Source of the DNA: Eubacteriales bacterium
GTDB taxonomy: Bacteria > Bacillota > Clostridia > Oscillospirales > CAG-382
Reading direction: 5' to 3'
Assembly (NCBI GenBank): GCA_045636665.1
Contig: JAZTXY010000086.1
Location: 2,974-66,973 of the forward strand
DNA length: 64,000 nt
Shown here: piece after piece, positions 17,726 through 27,700 of the stretch
Layout: each line of letters opens with the position of its first letter
How positions within the stretch are numbered: the stretch's first letter is position 1
The notes under the pieces: model-generated
What the model was told of the DNA's origin: nothing
Database searches by the model: none
The model's input: only the letters and a program-made list of their open reading frames with translations
Position numbers and translations under genes: made by a program

Positions 17726-18403
17726 ATGAAAAAGGCGTATATAGTTGCAATTGTTGTAATTGTATTGGGCATAGTAATTACCGCTGTATCGATGTCCTTT
17801 GAATTTAACGATTCGGAAGAAATCGAAGATAAAAATGAGTTATTAAAGTGTTTGACGGTAACAGAGGTTAAGCAGTTTATAGATAACCATAAGGTGGCAA
17901 ACTATGTTTTAAATGACGACGATTGTTTTATTAATGACATTTCGGTTCTCGGTTCGGAATGTGTTTCTAATTTCATTTTTGACGGCGAGGCAGTATCGCA
18001 AATTAAGGTTGAGTATACATTGTTCCAAGATGCTTTCGAGGGTTTGTCCGACGAGGAAATGGAAAACTATGATTTTTCTCAGTATAAGTTCAGCGAAGAG
18101 CATAAAAAGCTTATAAGCGATGCATTCCATAACATAAAAACAGAGTTTGAGAGCTTCGTGGGTTGTACGATTTCGCAGTATGATGTGATTCCTACGCAAG
18201 TTGGTGTTTCTTACGAGGATAGCGATGATCGGTTCTATCAAGGGCACTTGGTAAGAGAGTATTCTGTTCGCGATAGAAATGGCGTGTTATGGCTTTTGAG
18301 ATATAAAGCTGCGTACGGAACGGCACATGCTACATTGATAAAAGTTGTTGACGACTCTGGATACGATGGTTTTATGCCTATTGTAGATTTGACAAAGTCG
18401 TAG
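17726..18403 (+). CDS. Bitopic membrane protein of unknown function, paralogue of 22272-22982
   Basis: N-terminal TM helix YIVAIVVIVLGIVITAV followed by an acidic extracytoplasmic domain. By eye, it shares blocks with the 22272 product (VLGSECVSNFIFDGEAV vs ILGEDAVITYYFDKQGN; YSVRDRNGVLWLLRY vs FSIRDKEGYFWKLSV). Confidence 0.5.
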   Translation: MKKAYIVAIVVIVLGIVITAVSMSFEFNDSEEIEDKNELLKCLTVTEVKQFIDNHKVANYVLNDDDCFINDISVLGSECVSNFIFDGEAVSQIKVEYTLFQDAFEGLSDEEMENYDFSQYKFSEEHKKLISDAFHNIKTEFESFVGCTISQYDVIPTQVGVSYEDSDDRFYQGHLVREYSVRDRNGVLWLLRYKAAYGTAHATLIKVVDDSGYDGFMPIVDLTKS

Positions 18404-18431
18404 AAAAGACTTCCTTGGGAAGGTGATAGAA

Positions 18432-20171
18432 ATGAAGAGAATACAACAAGAACGAGGCGTAATTACAGTTCTTATTTCTTTGCTGTTGGTTGGTATACTG
18501 TCTGTCGGCACTTTGGCAATTGAAGCAGGAAGATATCAAGCAGCAAAGACACAATTGGCTGAATCTAACATTAGCGCTTCGACATCAATGATTGCGGCGT
18601 ATAATCCTGATTTATATGCTCGATACGGATTGTTGGCGATTGACAATGAACGGTTTGCCCCCGAAAGAGCGATAGATTACCTCAATTTTAATGCTGATCA
18701 GGCATTCGGTTATCAAGGAAACAGAGTGTCGAGGTCATACGTAGTTGATTCCGTTGAATTAATGGGATTATACAATCTCACATATCCCTCTGTTATGAAG
18801 AGACAAATCCTTTCTCGAGCAAAATATCATGTTGTTCCAAAGGATTATGCGTTGAATATTTATACGATGGATGCGTTTTTGGCAGACTTCCAAAACAAAT
18901 GTCAATACGTAGCACAGCAACTTTTGCCGGTTGCGAGCGGTGCGGCTGATGCGGGCAGCTTGTCTGACATTCCGGAAGAGATGCAAACTGCTTTAACGGC
19001 GTTGTACGAGACCTACATAACGTTGAAGCAGTATGATGATGATTGCGATATAACTTTGAACGGTCCCACCGTGGCGTTACTCCCCAGTGTAACAGGAACT
19101 GTTAGAAACGATGCACCTTTAGAAGATATTGCGGACATTAATACAGTTCTTAATGACGCTATAACCGTATTGGGGGGCACGGGTTCTTCACTCAGCTATA
19201 ATAACGGAACAGTTACAGATGAAATTGATGTAAATGTCTCAGTTTCTTTTGTTTCTGATATTAAAGACAAACTAAAGTACGTGTCTTCTGCTGCAAATCT
19301 TCAGTCCGATGCAAAAGAACTTGCCGAAAAAACAAGAACTTTGGCTCAGCGTTTAAATGCGGCGATTAATATGCTTGCTTCCGATAAGGAAGAAAGTATT
19401 TTGCTTAATTCTTACATAGCGGAATATTTTTCTAACCGTAATTACCGCATCAACACATATTCGGCTCCCGAAAGGGGAACTGTAATAAACGGCTCTTTGG
19501 ACAACGCAACCTTTGCATCCGCTTGCGTAGAATATGTTTTTGGCGGTGATGCAAGCGAAAGAGCAAATCAAGAGGCTACATACGCTTATATGCAGGCAAT
19601 CAGACTAATTAACAATCTTTATGCGGTTATGAGCGATTCGGCAAGTTTCAACGCTTATAACACATATGTGGTTGCGGCGCATTTGGCATGGGCGAATTTT
19701 GAGAGTATTGTCGATATGGAATTGCTGTCCTCGTACAATATTTCGGTTCCGTTTAATAAGAATAAAATGATTCTTCCTATTAATTCCGTAGAAAGTGTAG
19801 TCGGTGCGTTTTCATCGCACAATACGGCTGATGCGTTAAAGGCACTTGGATATTACAGCGAGGAGAAGACAACATTCATTGTTCCGGGTTCTAACTCATT
19901 TTCCTATAAAGATTCTTTATCCTTCGCTTTGTGGTTTGTGCCAAATTCCGAAAAACTGTTGCGAGTTGCAGACCTTGTTCAATTGGAAATGAGATATCGC
20001 GAGCAACATATTGAAAATAAATCAGCCATGTTTCTTATGAGTGAGCAAAATACGTATTGCAGAATTAAATGCATCGGCAAGTTCAGTCCGTTGCTTCCTA
20101 TACTTGCTTTAGATTCCGGCAATTCTGCGAAAGGAATCACGATTCAGACCATTAAGTATGCCGGTTATTAA
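18432..20171 (+). CDS. TadG-like large pseudopilin / pilus-assembly protein (Tad N-terminal motif)
   Basis: N-terminus QQERG/VITVLISLLLVGILSVGTLAIEAGRY resembles the TadE/G-like signature. About 580 aa of extracytoplasmic domain. ATG 18432 sits 8 nt after gggaagg. Confidence 0.6.
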   Translation: MKRIQQERGVITVLISLLLVGILSVGTLAIEAGRYQAAKTQLAESNISASTSMIAAYNPDLYARYGLLAIDNERFAPERAIDYLNFNADQAFGYQGNRVSRSYVVDSVELMGLYNLTYPSVMKRQILSRAKYHVVPKDYALNIYTMDAFLADFQNKCQYVAQQLLPVASGAADAGSLSDIPEEMQTALTALYETYITLKQYDDDCDITLNGPTVALLPSVTGTVRNDAPLEDIADINTVLNDAITVLGGTGSSLSYNNGTVTDEIDVNVSVSFVSDIKDKLKYVSSAANLQSDAKELAEKTRTLAQRLNAAINMLASDKEESILLNSYIAEYFSNRNYRINTYSAPERGTVINGSLDNATFASACVEYVFGGDASERANQEATYAYMQAIRLINNLYAVMSDSASFNAYNTYVVAAHLAWANFESIVDMELLSSYNISVPFNKNKMILPINSVESVVGAFSSHNTADALKALGYYSEEKTTFIVPGSNSFSYKDSLSFALWFVPNSEKLLRVADLVQLEMRYREQHIENKSAMFLMSEQNTYCRIKCIGKFSPLLPILALDSGNSAKGITIQTIKYAGY

Positions 20172-20183
20172 AGGATGGTAGTT

Positions 20184-22253
20184 ATGAAAAAAAGAGAGCA
20201 AGGCATTCTTACGGTTGAGGCGTCTATCGTTTTGACGCTAATGCTGTTTTTCATATTGTTTTTGTTTAGCTTTGGCCGTGTATACCGCGCACAGAATTTA
20301 GTCAGCCACGCATCGTTGCAATCAGCGGATGCAATAGCATTGGAATCTTATTTGAGAGAAACTGCTCTTCGGTCGGATGCCGAGAAAATCTCGTATCTTG
20401 CTTCGTACATTACGGAATCTACCGCAATCAGTGCCGACGGGCTCGAAAGTCTTAGGTCTGCAAATCTTCCCAAAATAGCAAAGGAAAAATTTATATCCGC
20501 GATCGCAAGCTCGGAAGCCGAGGCTGATAAAAAGCTAAAAAGTATGGGCGTGAAGGATGGACTTGCGGGGATTGATTTTTCCGAGTGTAAAATGGATCTT
20601 GGAAGTGATGACGTAATTGTCGCAATTACATATACACTTGAAATGCAATTTCCTGTTTTTGGTTTTGATGACATAACCGTTACCAAGGTTGCGAAGGCCA
20701 AAACGTTTGGCGAAATATTGTTCGAGGTTTCTACTCGACCCAACAACCCCGGATGGGGATCCACAAGCGGCGACGATAAGGTTACGCACGGTTCTTCCGT
20801 AGTGATCACCGCAACGCCTAATTACGGATATAAATTTGTCAGTTGGAATGACGGTGTGACCGATAATCCCAGAACCGTTACCGTAACCGATGCGCATCAG
20901 TACGTTGCAATTTTCGAAAAGGATCAGTTCGGTGTCAATTTAGGAAAAACGGTTACTTACGATGCAAGCTGTGCCGGAATCGAGCATATAAATTACGGCA
21001 CCGTTACGGGCGCAGGGAATTATGCGTATATGGACAACGCGACCATAACTGCAGTTCCCGAAGCAAATTACACCTTTGTCGGTTGGGATGATAATGGTGA
21101 TGGGATTGCGGATAACACAAGTCCTACAAGAATGATTACCATAGATAAGACGTATAATTTTAAGGCAATTTTCAAACCCGTCACTTATAAAGTTACCGTA
21201 AAATCGAATGATAACTCATACGGCAGTGCGCAAGCTTTTCAAGGAATAAAAAAAGGCGACACTATTGAAGCTGAGTATGGTAGCAGAGTTCAGCTTATAG
21301 CTACGACAAAAGATTCGGTAAGATATCTTTTCAGTAAGTGGAGTAACAACAACACGCAACCATCTGCAACGGTAATAGTAGAGGGAGATGTTGCGTATGA
21401 GGCAATTTTCATAACAAATACATATACCGTTACGTTTTATAACGGTGGTTCGGCGGTTTTCACTACAAACGTAATTCGCGGCAGTTCCGTTAACGGGTCG
21501 AAATCTGTCATCGCATCAAATATGCCCTCTATTCCGGTGAGAAACGGTGCAATATTTGATAAATGGACGTATAGCGGAGGCACCTTTACTGCAACGACCG
21601 TAGTTAATAGCGACCTAAACGTATATGCTTCTTGGAAGTACAACGTTATTCTTGATGCAAACGGCGGTTCTATTTGGAGCGCGCCGAGCAAGACTTTTAG
21701 TATCCCTGACGGCGGTATCTTTGATTTTTCGGCATATATACCCAGCAGAAACGGCTTTGCATTTAACGGTTGGTACTGTGACGGTATTAAATACGCTGAC
21801 AACAGAACTATTAATTCAGCCGCAACTGTTGTCGCATCATGGACATGCAAGCATAGGTATGACAATGGTGTGACAATGTACGAGCCTATTTCCGGTACGA
21901 GCGTAGGATGCAAGAACAGCGCGATTACGTACAGATGCGCGGGTTGTTTTGATGAGTATGTTGTGCAGGGTGAAGGCGCTTGCGTTTTCAAAGGCTGGTG
22001 CGGCACTTGGCATCCGTGTAGTTGGTATACTTATTGCACTTCCGGCTCTACTCATACTTGGAATGGTTACTCTTGTATAACTTGTATTTACTGTGGCCAA
22101 TGCGAGAATCCGGTGTATCGCAAGAGTGGAGGCAAGGATATATATGTTTCTTATTATGCATATTGTAAGACTCACAACGGACATCTTTTGTGGAATCCTG
22201 CAATAAACGCCTTTGAGGAGCGAGTAAAAAAATCAGCATGGCCTCATTCGTAG
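20184..22253 (+). CDS. TadE-like pseudopilin fused to about 6 InlB-B/Flg_new-type repeats and a Cys-rich C-terminal module (paralogue of 16291-17673)
   Basis: N-terminus KREQG/ILTVEASIVLTLMLFFILF. Repeats include YKFVSWNDGVTDNPRTVTV, YTFVGWDDNGDG, YLFSKWSNNNTQ, AIFDKWTYSGG and FAFNGWYCDGIKY. The 135-aa Cys-rich tail starts at TGC 21846 and includes CAGC, CITC and CGQC. Confidence 0.7.
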   Translation: MKKREQGILTVEASIVLTLMLFFILFLFSFGRVYRAQNLVSHASLQSADAIALESYLRETALRSDAEKISYLASYITESTAISADGLESLRSANLPKIAKEKFISAIASSEAEADKKLKSMGVKDGLAGIDFSECKMDLGSDDVIVAITYTLEMQFPVFGFDDITVTKVAKAKTFGEILFEVSTRPNNPGWGSTSGDDKVTHGSSVVITATPNYGYKFVSWNDGVTDNPRTVTVTDAHQYVAIFEKDQFGVNLGKTVTYDASCAGIEHINYGTVTGAGNYAYMDNATITAVPEANYTFVGWDDNGDGIADNTSPTRMITIDKTYNFKAIFKPVTYKVTVKSNDNSYGSAQAFQGIKKGDTIEAEYGSRVQLIATTKDSVRYLFSKWSNNNTQPSATVIVEGDVAYEAIFITNTYTVTFYNGGSAVFTTNVIRGSSVNGSKSVIASNMPSIPVRNGAIFDKWTYSGGTFTATTVVNSDLNVYASWKYNVILDANGGSIWSAPSKTFSIPDGGIFDFSAYIPSRNGFAFNGWYCDGIKYADNRTINSAATVVASWTCKHRYDNGVTMYEPISGTSVGCKNSAITYRCAGCFDEYVVQGEGACVFKGWCGTWHPCSWYTYCTSGSTHTWNGYSCITCIYCGQCENPVYRKSGGKDIYVSYYAYCKTHNGHLLWNPAINAFEERVKKSAWPHS

Positions 22254-22271
22254 GTCGTTATTGGAGGATCT

Positions 22272-22982
22272 ATGAAAAAAAGGAGTATTAATATTATTGC
22301 AATACTTGTCGCGGTGTTGGTTATAGCAATAGCGATTGTTATTATAGTATCATTAGGTCAAGATTCTACCGATTCGTCAGAATCGTCATATACGGCTCAT
22401 GGCCGACAAGATGACTATTTGGGCTTTGCTGCGCTTAGCTTAAATTCGGTTGGCGAGTTTAACGAGTTCGCTAAGAAGGGCGAGTACGAGTGTTTCTTGG
22501 CTTCGGATGGGTCTGGCGGATCTATATATGGAGTTCCGATTCTTGGAGAAGATGCTGTTATAACATATTATTTCGACAAACAGGGAAACACGACTGATTT
22601 TCAAGCATTTTATTATCTTAATGCCGATGTTTCGGCGGTAGAAAATTTTAGCGTAAAGCCCTTGACGACACAAGAGTTAGCCGACGGTATAAACGGTGCA
22701 GTTGCACAGTTTTGCACAATGTTTGAATATAACATCGTGCCCACGCTTTATTTGTCGAATACAGACGGAACGTTTGTTGAGGTAGAAGACGATTCCGCTT
22801 TTCAACGTATCGCGGAAGGCGGTTCAAGTTTGACGTTCAGCATCAGAGACAAGGAAGGATATTTTTGGAAGTTATCAGTATCAGCTACAGGTGAATTGAT
22901 ATCTGCCAATATCAGTAAGTATTTTGATAAAGAAAAAACCAAGAATTATGTTGCAAATATCTCACTATATGAAGAGGGGTAA
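22272..22982 (+). CDS. Bitopic membrane protein, paralogue of 17726-18403
   Basis: N-terminal TM helix INIIAILVAVLVIAIAIVIIV. Same size and same position (directly after a Cys-tailed pseudopilin gene) as its paralogue. Confidence 0.5.
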   Translation: MKKRSINIIAILVAVLVIAIAIVIIVSLGQDSTDSSESSYTAHGRQDDYLGFAALSLNSVGEFNEFAKKGEYECFLASDGSGGSIYGVPILGEDAVITYYFDKQGNTTDFQAFYYLNADVSAVENFSVKPLTTQELADGINGAVAQFCTMFEYNIVPTLYLSNTDGTFVEVEDDSAFQRIAEGGSSLTFSIRDKEGYFWKLSVSATGELISANISKYFDKEKTKNYVANISLYEEG

Positions 22983-22987
22983 CGTAT

Positions 22988-24712
22988 ATGACTTTTACTT
23001 ATGAAAATCAAGGCGCGATCACATATTTGGTGTGTGAGCTTGAGCCGAGCGAACAGTTGGACGGCTTGACCTTAGGGATGCTTACCAACAATCACATTTC
23101 GGGTTTTGCGCCCGTGCTGTATACCGAAATGAACGGTCAGAGATATTTGAAATATAATATTTCTGCAAAGGTTACAGCGGAACAATTCTTTAGCGGTGCG
23201 ATGAACAAGCAAAGAGCGCTGACAGCCTTTCGAAACATTCTTAGTGCAATCTGCTCTGCAGACGATTATATGATCGATCTTAACAGCTTCGTTGTCGATT
23301 CCGATCATATCTATTTGAACGTTTCAAGCTGTGAAACCGCCATGATCTGCGTTCCTGTAATTACCGATAAGGATATTAATGCAGAGGTAGCCGCGTTGTT
23401 CAAGAAGATTATGTTTTCCACGCAGTTTGACAACAGCGAGGACGTATCCTATATTACTCAGCTGATTACATACGTTAACAGCGGCGCGTCGTTTACAGTG
23501 TACGGATTAAATGATTTGGTAACAAATCTTCAATCAGGAAGAGTCGATGCACCTCAGACAGCGCCTCAGGCGGTTCCCTCGGTCGTTCCTCAAGCGGCGC
23601 CTCAGCCGGCGCAACAGGCGGCTTCTGCACCTGCTGTGCAGCAGATTCCGGTTCAGCCCGTTCAACAGTCTGCGCCTCCTGCTTCCCCGTTTGATTCAAC
23701 TATTTCTATTGACGATATGCCTGCAATGATGGCTAAAAAGCAACAAACTCAGCCGTCTGCGCAGATCCCCGTAACACCTATTAAGCCTGCACCTCAACCT
23801 CAGGTTGTACCGCAGGGCAATATGGTTCCTCCGATTCAACCCGCGGCACAGGGTAAACCTCCGGTACAGAGCTTCGGCGCTCCTATTCAACCGAAGCCCC
23901 AGCAACCCGTGGTTCCTCCTCAGCCGTCTGCACCTAAGGGACCCAGCTTTGCAATTCCCGGTCAACCCTCGGGTGTAGGTAACGTTCCCGTTCCGCCCGC
24001 ACCTCCTGCCGCTCAAAAGAAGCAAGCTGCAAAGGCAGAGCCTTCGGGCGAAAAGAAAATGTCTTTGTTTGGTCTTCTCGCGCATTACAGTAAGGAAAAT
24101 GCCGAGCTGTATAAGAAGCAAAAGGAAGAAGGAAAAGCAAAGAAAGCCGCCGCTAATTCACAACCTATACAAAAGCCTATTAACGGTCCCGGACAAATAC
24201 CCGGACAAATGCCTGGACAAATGCCCGGACAAATGCCCGGTCAGCCGCCTATAAGCTCTTCGCCTACGGGCACTCCCGTGCAACAGCAGTACGCGCAGCC
24301 GCAGTTCCAGCCTCCCGTTCGACCCGTTCCCGTGCAGAACAGCTTTAACGAAACAACCGTGCTGAGCCCCTCGATGATGGGCGGGGAAACAACGGTTCTC
24401 AGTGCTGATGCGGGCAGACCTAATCCTACACTGACTCGCATTAAAACAGGCGAGAGAATCAGCATTAACAAGCCTGTATTCCGTATAGGCAAGGAAAAGA
24501 GCTATGTGGACTACTTTATCGGCGACAACACTGCCATTAGCCGCAGTCATGCGAACGTTCACACCGATAACGGTGAATACTTTATAGAAGACACCAACTC
24601 TACCAATCACACCTACGTAAACGGAAAATTGATCAACAGCAACGAAAAGGTGAAGCTTGTAAGCGGCGATAAGATTCGCCTTGCAAACGAGGATTTTACT
24701 TTCTCAATTTAA
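22988..24712 (+). CDS. Cytoplasmic FHA-domain protein: conserved N-domain, about 270-aa Pro/Gln-rich linker, C-terminal FHA domain
   Basis: C-terminal FHA signature FRIGKEKSYVDYFIGDNTAISRSHANVH...STNHTYVNG. No TM helix. The N-terminal domain of about 175 aa resembles that of the 33422 product. Confidence 0.8.
   Translation: MTFTYENQGAITYLVCELEPSEQLDGLTLGMLTNNHISGFAPVLYTEMNGQRYLKYNISAKVTAEQFFSGAMNKQRALTAFRNILSAICSADDYMIDLNSFVVDSDHIYLNVSSCETAMICVPVITDKDINAEVAALFKKIMFSTQFDNSEDVSYITQLITYVNSGASFTVYGLNDLVTNLQSGRVDAPQTAPQAVPSVVPQAAPQPAQQAASAPAVQQIPVQPVQQSAPPASPFDSTISIDDMPAMMAKKQQTQPSAQIPVTPIKPAPQPQVVPQGNMVPPIQPAAQGKPPVQSFGAPIQPKPQQPVVPPQPSAPKGPSFAIPGQPSGVGNVPVPPAPPAAQKKQAAKAEPSGEKKMSLFGLLAHYSKENAELYKKQKEEGKAKKAAANSQPIQKPINGPGQIPGQMPGQMPGQMPGQPPISSSPTGTPVQQQYAQPQFQPPVRPVPVQNSFNETTVLSPSMMGGETTVLSADAGRPNPTLTRIKTGERISINKPVFRIGKEKSYVDYFIGDNTAISRSHANVHTDNGEYFIEDTNSTNHTYVNGKLINSNEKVKLVSGDKIRLANEDFTFSI
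24188..24245 (+). repeat. In-frame 12-bp tandem repeat (cccggacaaatg, about 4.8 copies) encoding PGQ(I/M)PGQMPGQMPGQMPGQ
   Basis: Read directly from 24188-24245, inside the Pro/Gln-rich linker of the FHA protein. Confidence 0.8.
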
Positions 24713-24786
24713 GGATTGCTTATTACAAGTATAATGACGAAAAAAGCGGTATATGATAGAATTTTTCATATGAAAGGGTGATATTA

Positions 24787-27700
24787 TTGGTAGTTAATCT
24801 TATTAAAGCGAAACAGCTTTTTAGCTTAACCCTTCCTGATAAGATCAAGGGGCAGTATTGGCTATCTGACTTTGATGATGCGGGCGAATACAGAAAGCTC
24901 ATAAGTATTGAAGCGGTAGACGGTAAGTGGGTCGTTAAAAGCAACAAGTGTGTATCGGTTCTTGATGCCCAAAACAAAGTGGTTGCTCAGGCTGTAATTG
25001 AGCCGATGAGCTTTTTGAGCATTAAATATTATAATTCTGATGAGCGCATTATTCTTTATGCAGAGGCGCTTGAGCAGTCAAGACAAAGCTTCTCCAAAAT
25101 AGTAATGCTTGAACCGGGCACTTTAACGATTGGACGTAACAACAGCAATAATTTGTTTTTTGCAAATAAATTTGTTTCGGGAAATCATGCCCAACTTACC
25201 TTCGACGGTAACAATTGGGCAATTTATGACCGACAGAGCACCAACGGTACCTACGTAAATGGATACCGTGTGGAGGCGACGAATCTTTGCCCCGGCGATA
25301 TGATCTATATAATGGGTTTGAAAATCGTTATCGGTAGCAATTATTTTGCAATTAATAACCCTGACGGATTGCTTACATTGCAAGCAAATAATCTTGCCAA
25401 TTATCATCCGCAGATTGTTGAGCATATCGAACGAGAATATGAAACACCTGAGGACAAACACTTTTTCAGATCTCCCCGTTTCTATCGCGAGATCGAGCAT
25501 GCGGTTATAAAGATAGATCCGCCGCCTCAAATTCAAAAGCAGGAAACAGTTCCTCTTGCGTTGATGCTCGGACCGTCTATCACGATGGGTATGACCTCTA
25601 TGAGCACTGCGATACTCTCGGTTTCCAACGTTATAAATAACGGCGGAGATATTTCACAAGCGCTGCCGACTCTTTTGATGTCGGTCAGTATGCTTTTGGG
25701 TACAGTGCTGTGGCCTGTTCTCACTAAAAAATACGAGAAGAAGCAAAGAATTAAGAACGAACAGAAGCGCCAAAAAAAGTATCTTGCTTATTTGGACGAG
25801 GTCAGAGATGAGATAAAACAAAAGTGCAAGGAGCAAAGTGATATCCTGGCAGAGAATTTTGTTGATCCCAACGAGTGTGCTTCCCGCATATATGAGGAAA
25901 AAGCAAATTTATGGGAAAGAACAAACACGCATAGCGATTTTCTCAGTCTTCGATTGGGTTTGGGCGATCTTCCTCTTGATGCTGAGGTTACTTGCCCCGA
26001 AAAGAAGTTCACTATGGACGAGGATAATTTGCAAGATGCGATGCTTTCATTAGGCAATGAGCCCAAGGTTCTCAAAAACGTGCCTATCAGCATTTCTTTG
26101 ATTGAAGATTTTATTTCGGGTGTATACGGAGAAAAGTCGGAAATCGTTAATTTCATCAAAATGCTTCTTTTGCAGATTGTAACGCTTCATAGCTACGATG
26201 AGCTAAAGGTGGTTTTGATTGCCGATAATTCTACCGGGTGTTGGGATTTTGCGAGATTTATTCCTCATTTTTGGGATGATGAAAAGAAAATGCGTTTTAT
26301 CGCCACCACTCCGGATGAGGTAAAAGAGTTATCTGCATACATAGAAAACAACATACTTAGCCGCGGAGATAAGGAAAACCGAGATTTTTCTGAATTTTCG
26401 CCCTATTACGTGATCGTTGTAGCTGACAAGGCGCTTTCCGAGAGCAGTGAAGCTTTGGGACAACTTTTGAAATTCAAGGGCAACAGTGGCTGCAGCTTAA
26501 TCTATGGGGCAGGCGAATTGAAGGATCTGCCTAAAGAAGTATCCTCGGTTATGTATGTCGGCGGCAACAAGTCCTGCATTTTCGACAGAGCAGACACGTC
26601 CGGTAATACTATTCCGTTTATTCCCGATACGGTCAACGAGAGCGTTATTGACAACATAGCCGAAAAGCTCGCAAATATCGAGCTCGACCTTGCGGGTCAG
26701 CGCTTTGCGTTGCCTAATATGATCACTTTTATGGAAATGTTCAACGTCGGTAAGATCGAGCACTTGAATTGCTTGACACGTTGGAAGGAAAATAATCCCA
26801 CAAAGACGTTGCAAACTCCTGTCGGTGTAGATTCTTACGGCGGAACGTTTTCTTTGGACCTTCACGAAAAATTCCACGGTCCTCACGGCTTGGTAGCAGG
26901 TATGACCGGTTCGGGTAAGTCTGAATTTATAATAACGTATATTCTGTCTCTCGCGGTTAACTATCATCCCGATGAAGTAGCCTTTATCTTAATCGACTAC
27001 AAAGGCGGCGGTTTGACAGGTGCGTTCGAAGATGATGAGCGCGGTATCAAGCTTCCTCACCTTGCAGGTACGATCACAAACCTTGATGGTGCGGCAGTTA
27101 AGAGATCGCTTATCTCGATACAAAGCGAGCTTCGCCGCCGTCAGGCGATATTCAACGAGGCCCGTAAGATATCCAACGAGGGCACGATGGATATTTACAA
27201 GTATCAACAGCTCTACCGCGATAAGGTGGTTTCTGAGCCGCTTCCGCATTTGTTTATTATTTCGGACGAATTTGCCGAGCTTAAAACACAACAGCCCGAA
27301 TTTATGGAACAGCTTATCAGTGCGGCTCGTATCGGCCGAAGCCTTGGCGTTCACTTGATACTCGCGACGCAGAAGCCTAGTGGTGTAGTTGACGATCAGA
27401 TTTGGAGTAACAGTAAATTCAGGGTTTGTCTTAAGGTTCAGGAAAAGGCGGATAGCCAGGATATGATCAAGTGCCCCGATGCTGCAGAGCTTTCGCAAAC
27501 AGGCCGCTTTTATTTACAAGTTGGCTTTAACGAATTGTTTGCATTGGGTCAATCCGCTTGGTGCGGTGCTGAATACATACCTACAGATACAGTTGAAAAG
27601 TCTGTTGATAACAGCATTCAGATCGTTGATACTCTCGGCCACGTTCTTATGAACGTTAAGCCTGCCAAGAAGGTTACAAATACAGGAAAAAAAGTAAAGC

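Noticed and set aside
24188-24245. Short tandem repeats (also at 34754-34808 and 61743-61822) considered as a possible CRISPR or phase-variation tract
   Set aside because: The units are 12 or 18 bp, contiguous with no spacers, and in-frame within coding low-complexity linkers. They are not CRISPR, and unit lengths divisible by 3 cannot cause frameshift phase variation.
24734-24762. Possible internal promoter (aTGACg-17-TGaTAGAAT) in the 65-nt gap before essC
   Set aside because: The predicted transcription start would fall at or within the essC RBS (24774-24780), leaving no leader. The -35 is weak. It is kept only as a note, and the gap is more simply read as an operon-internal spacer.
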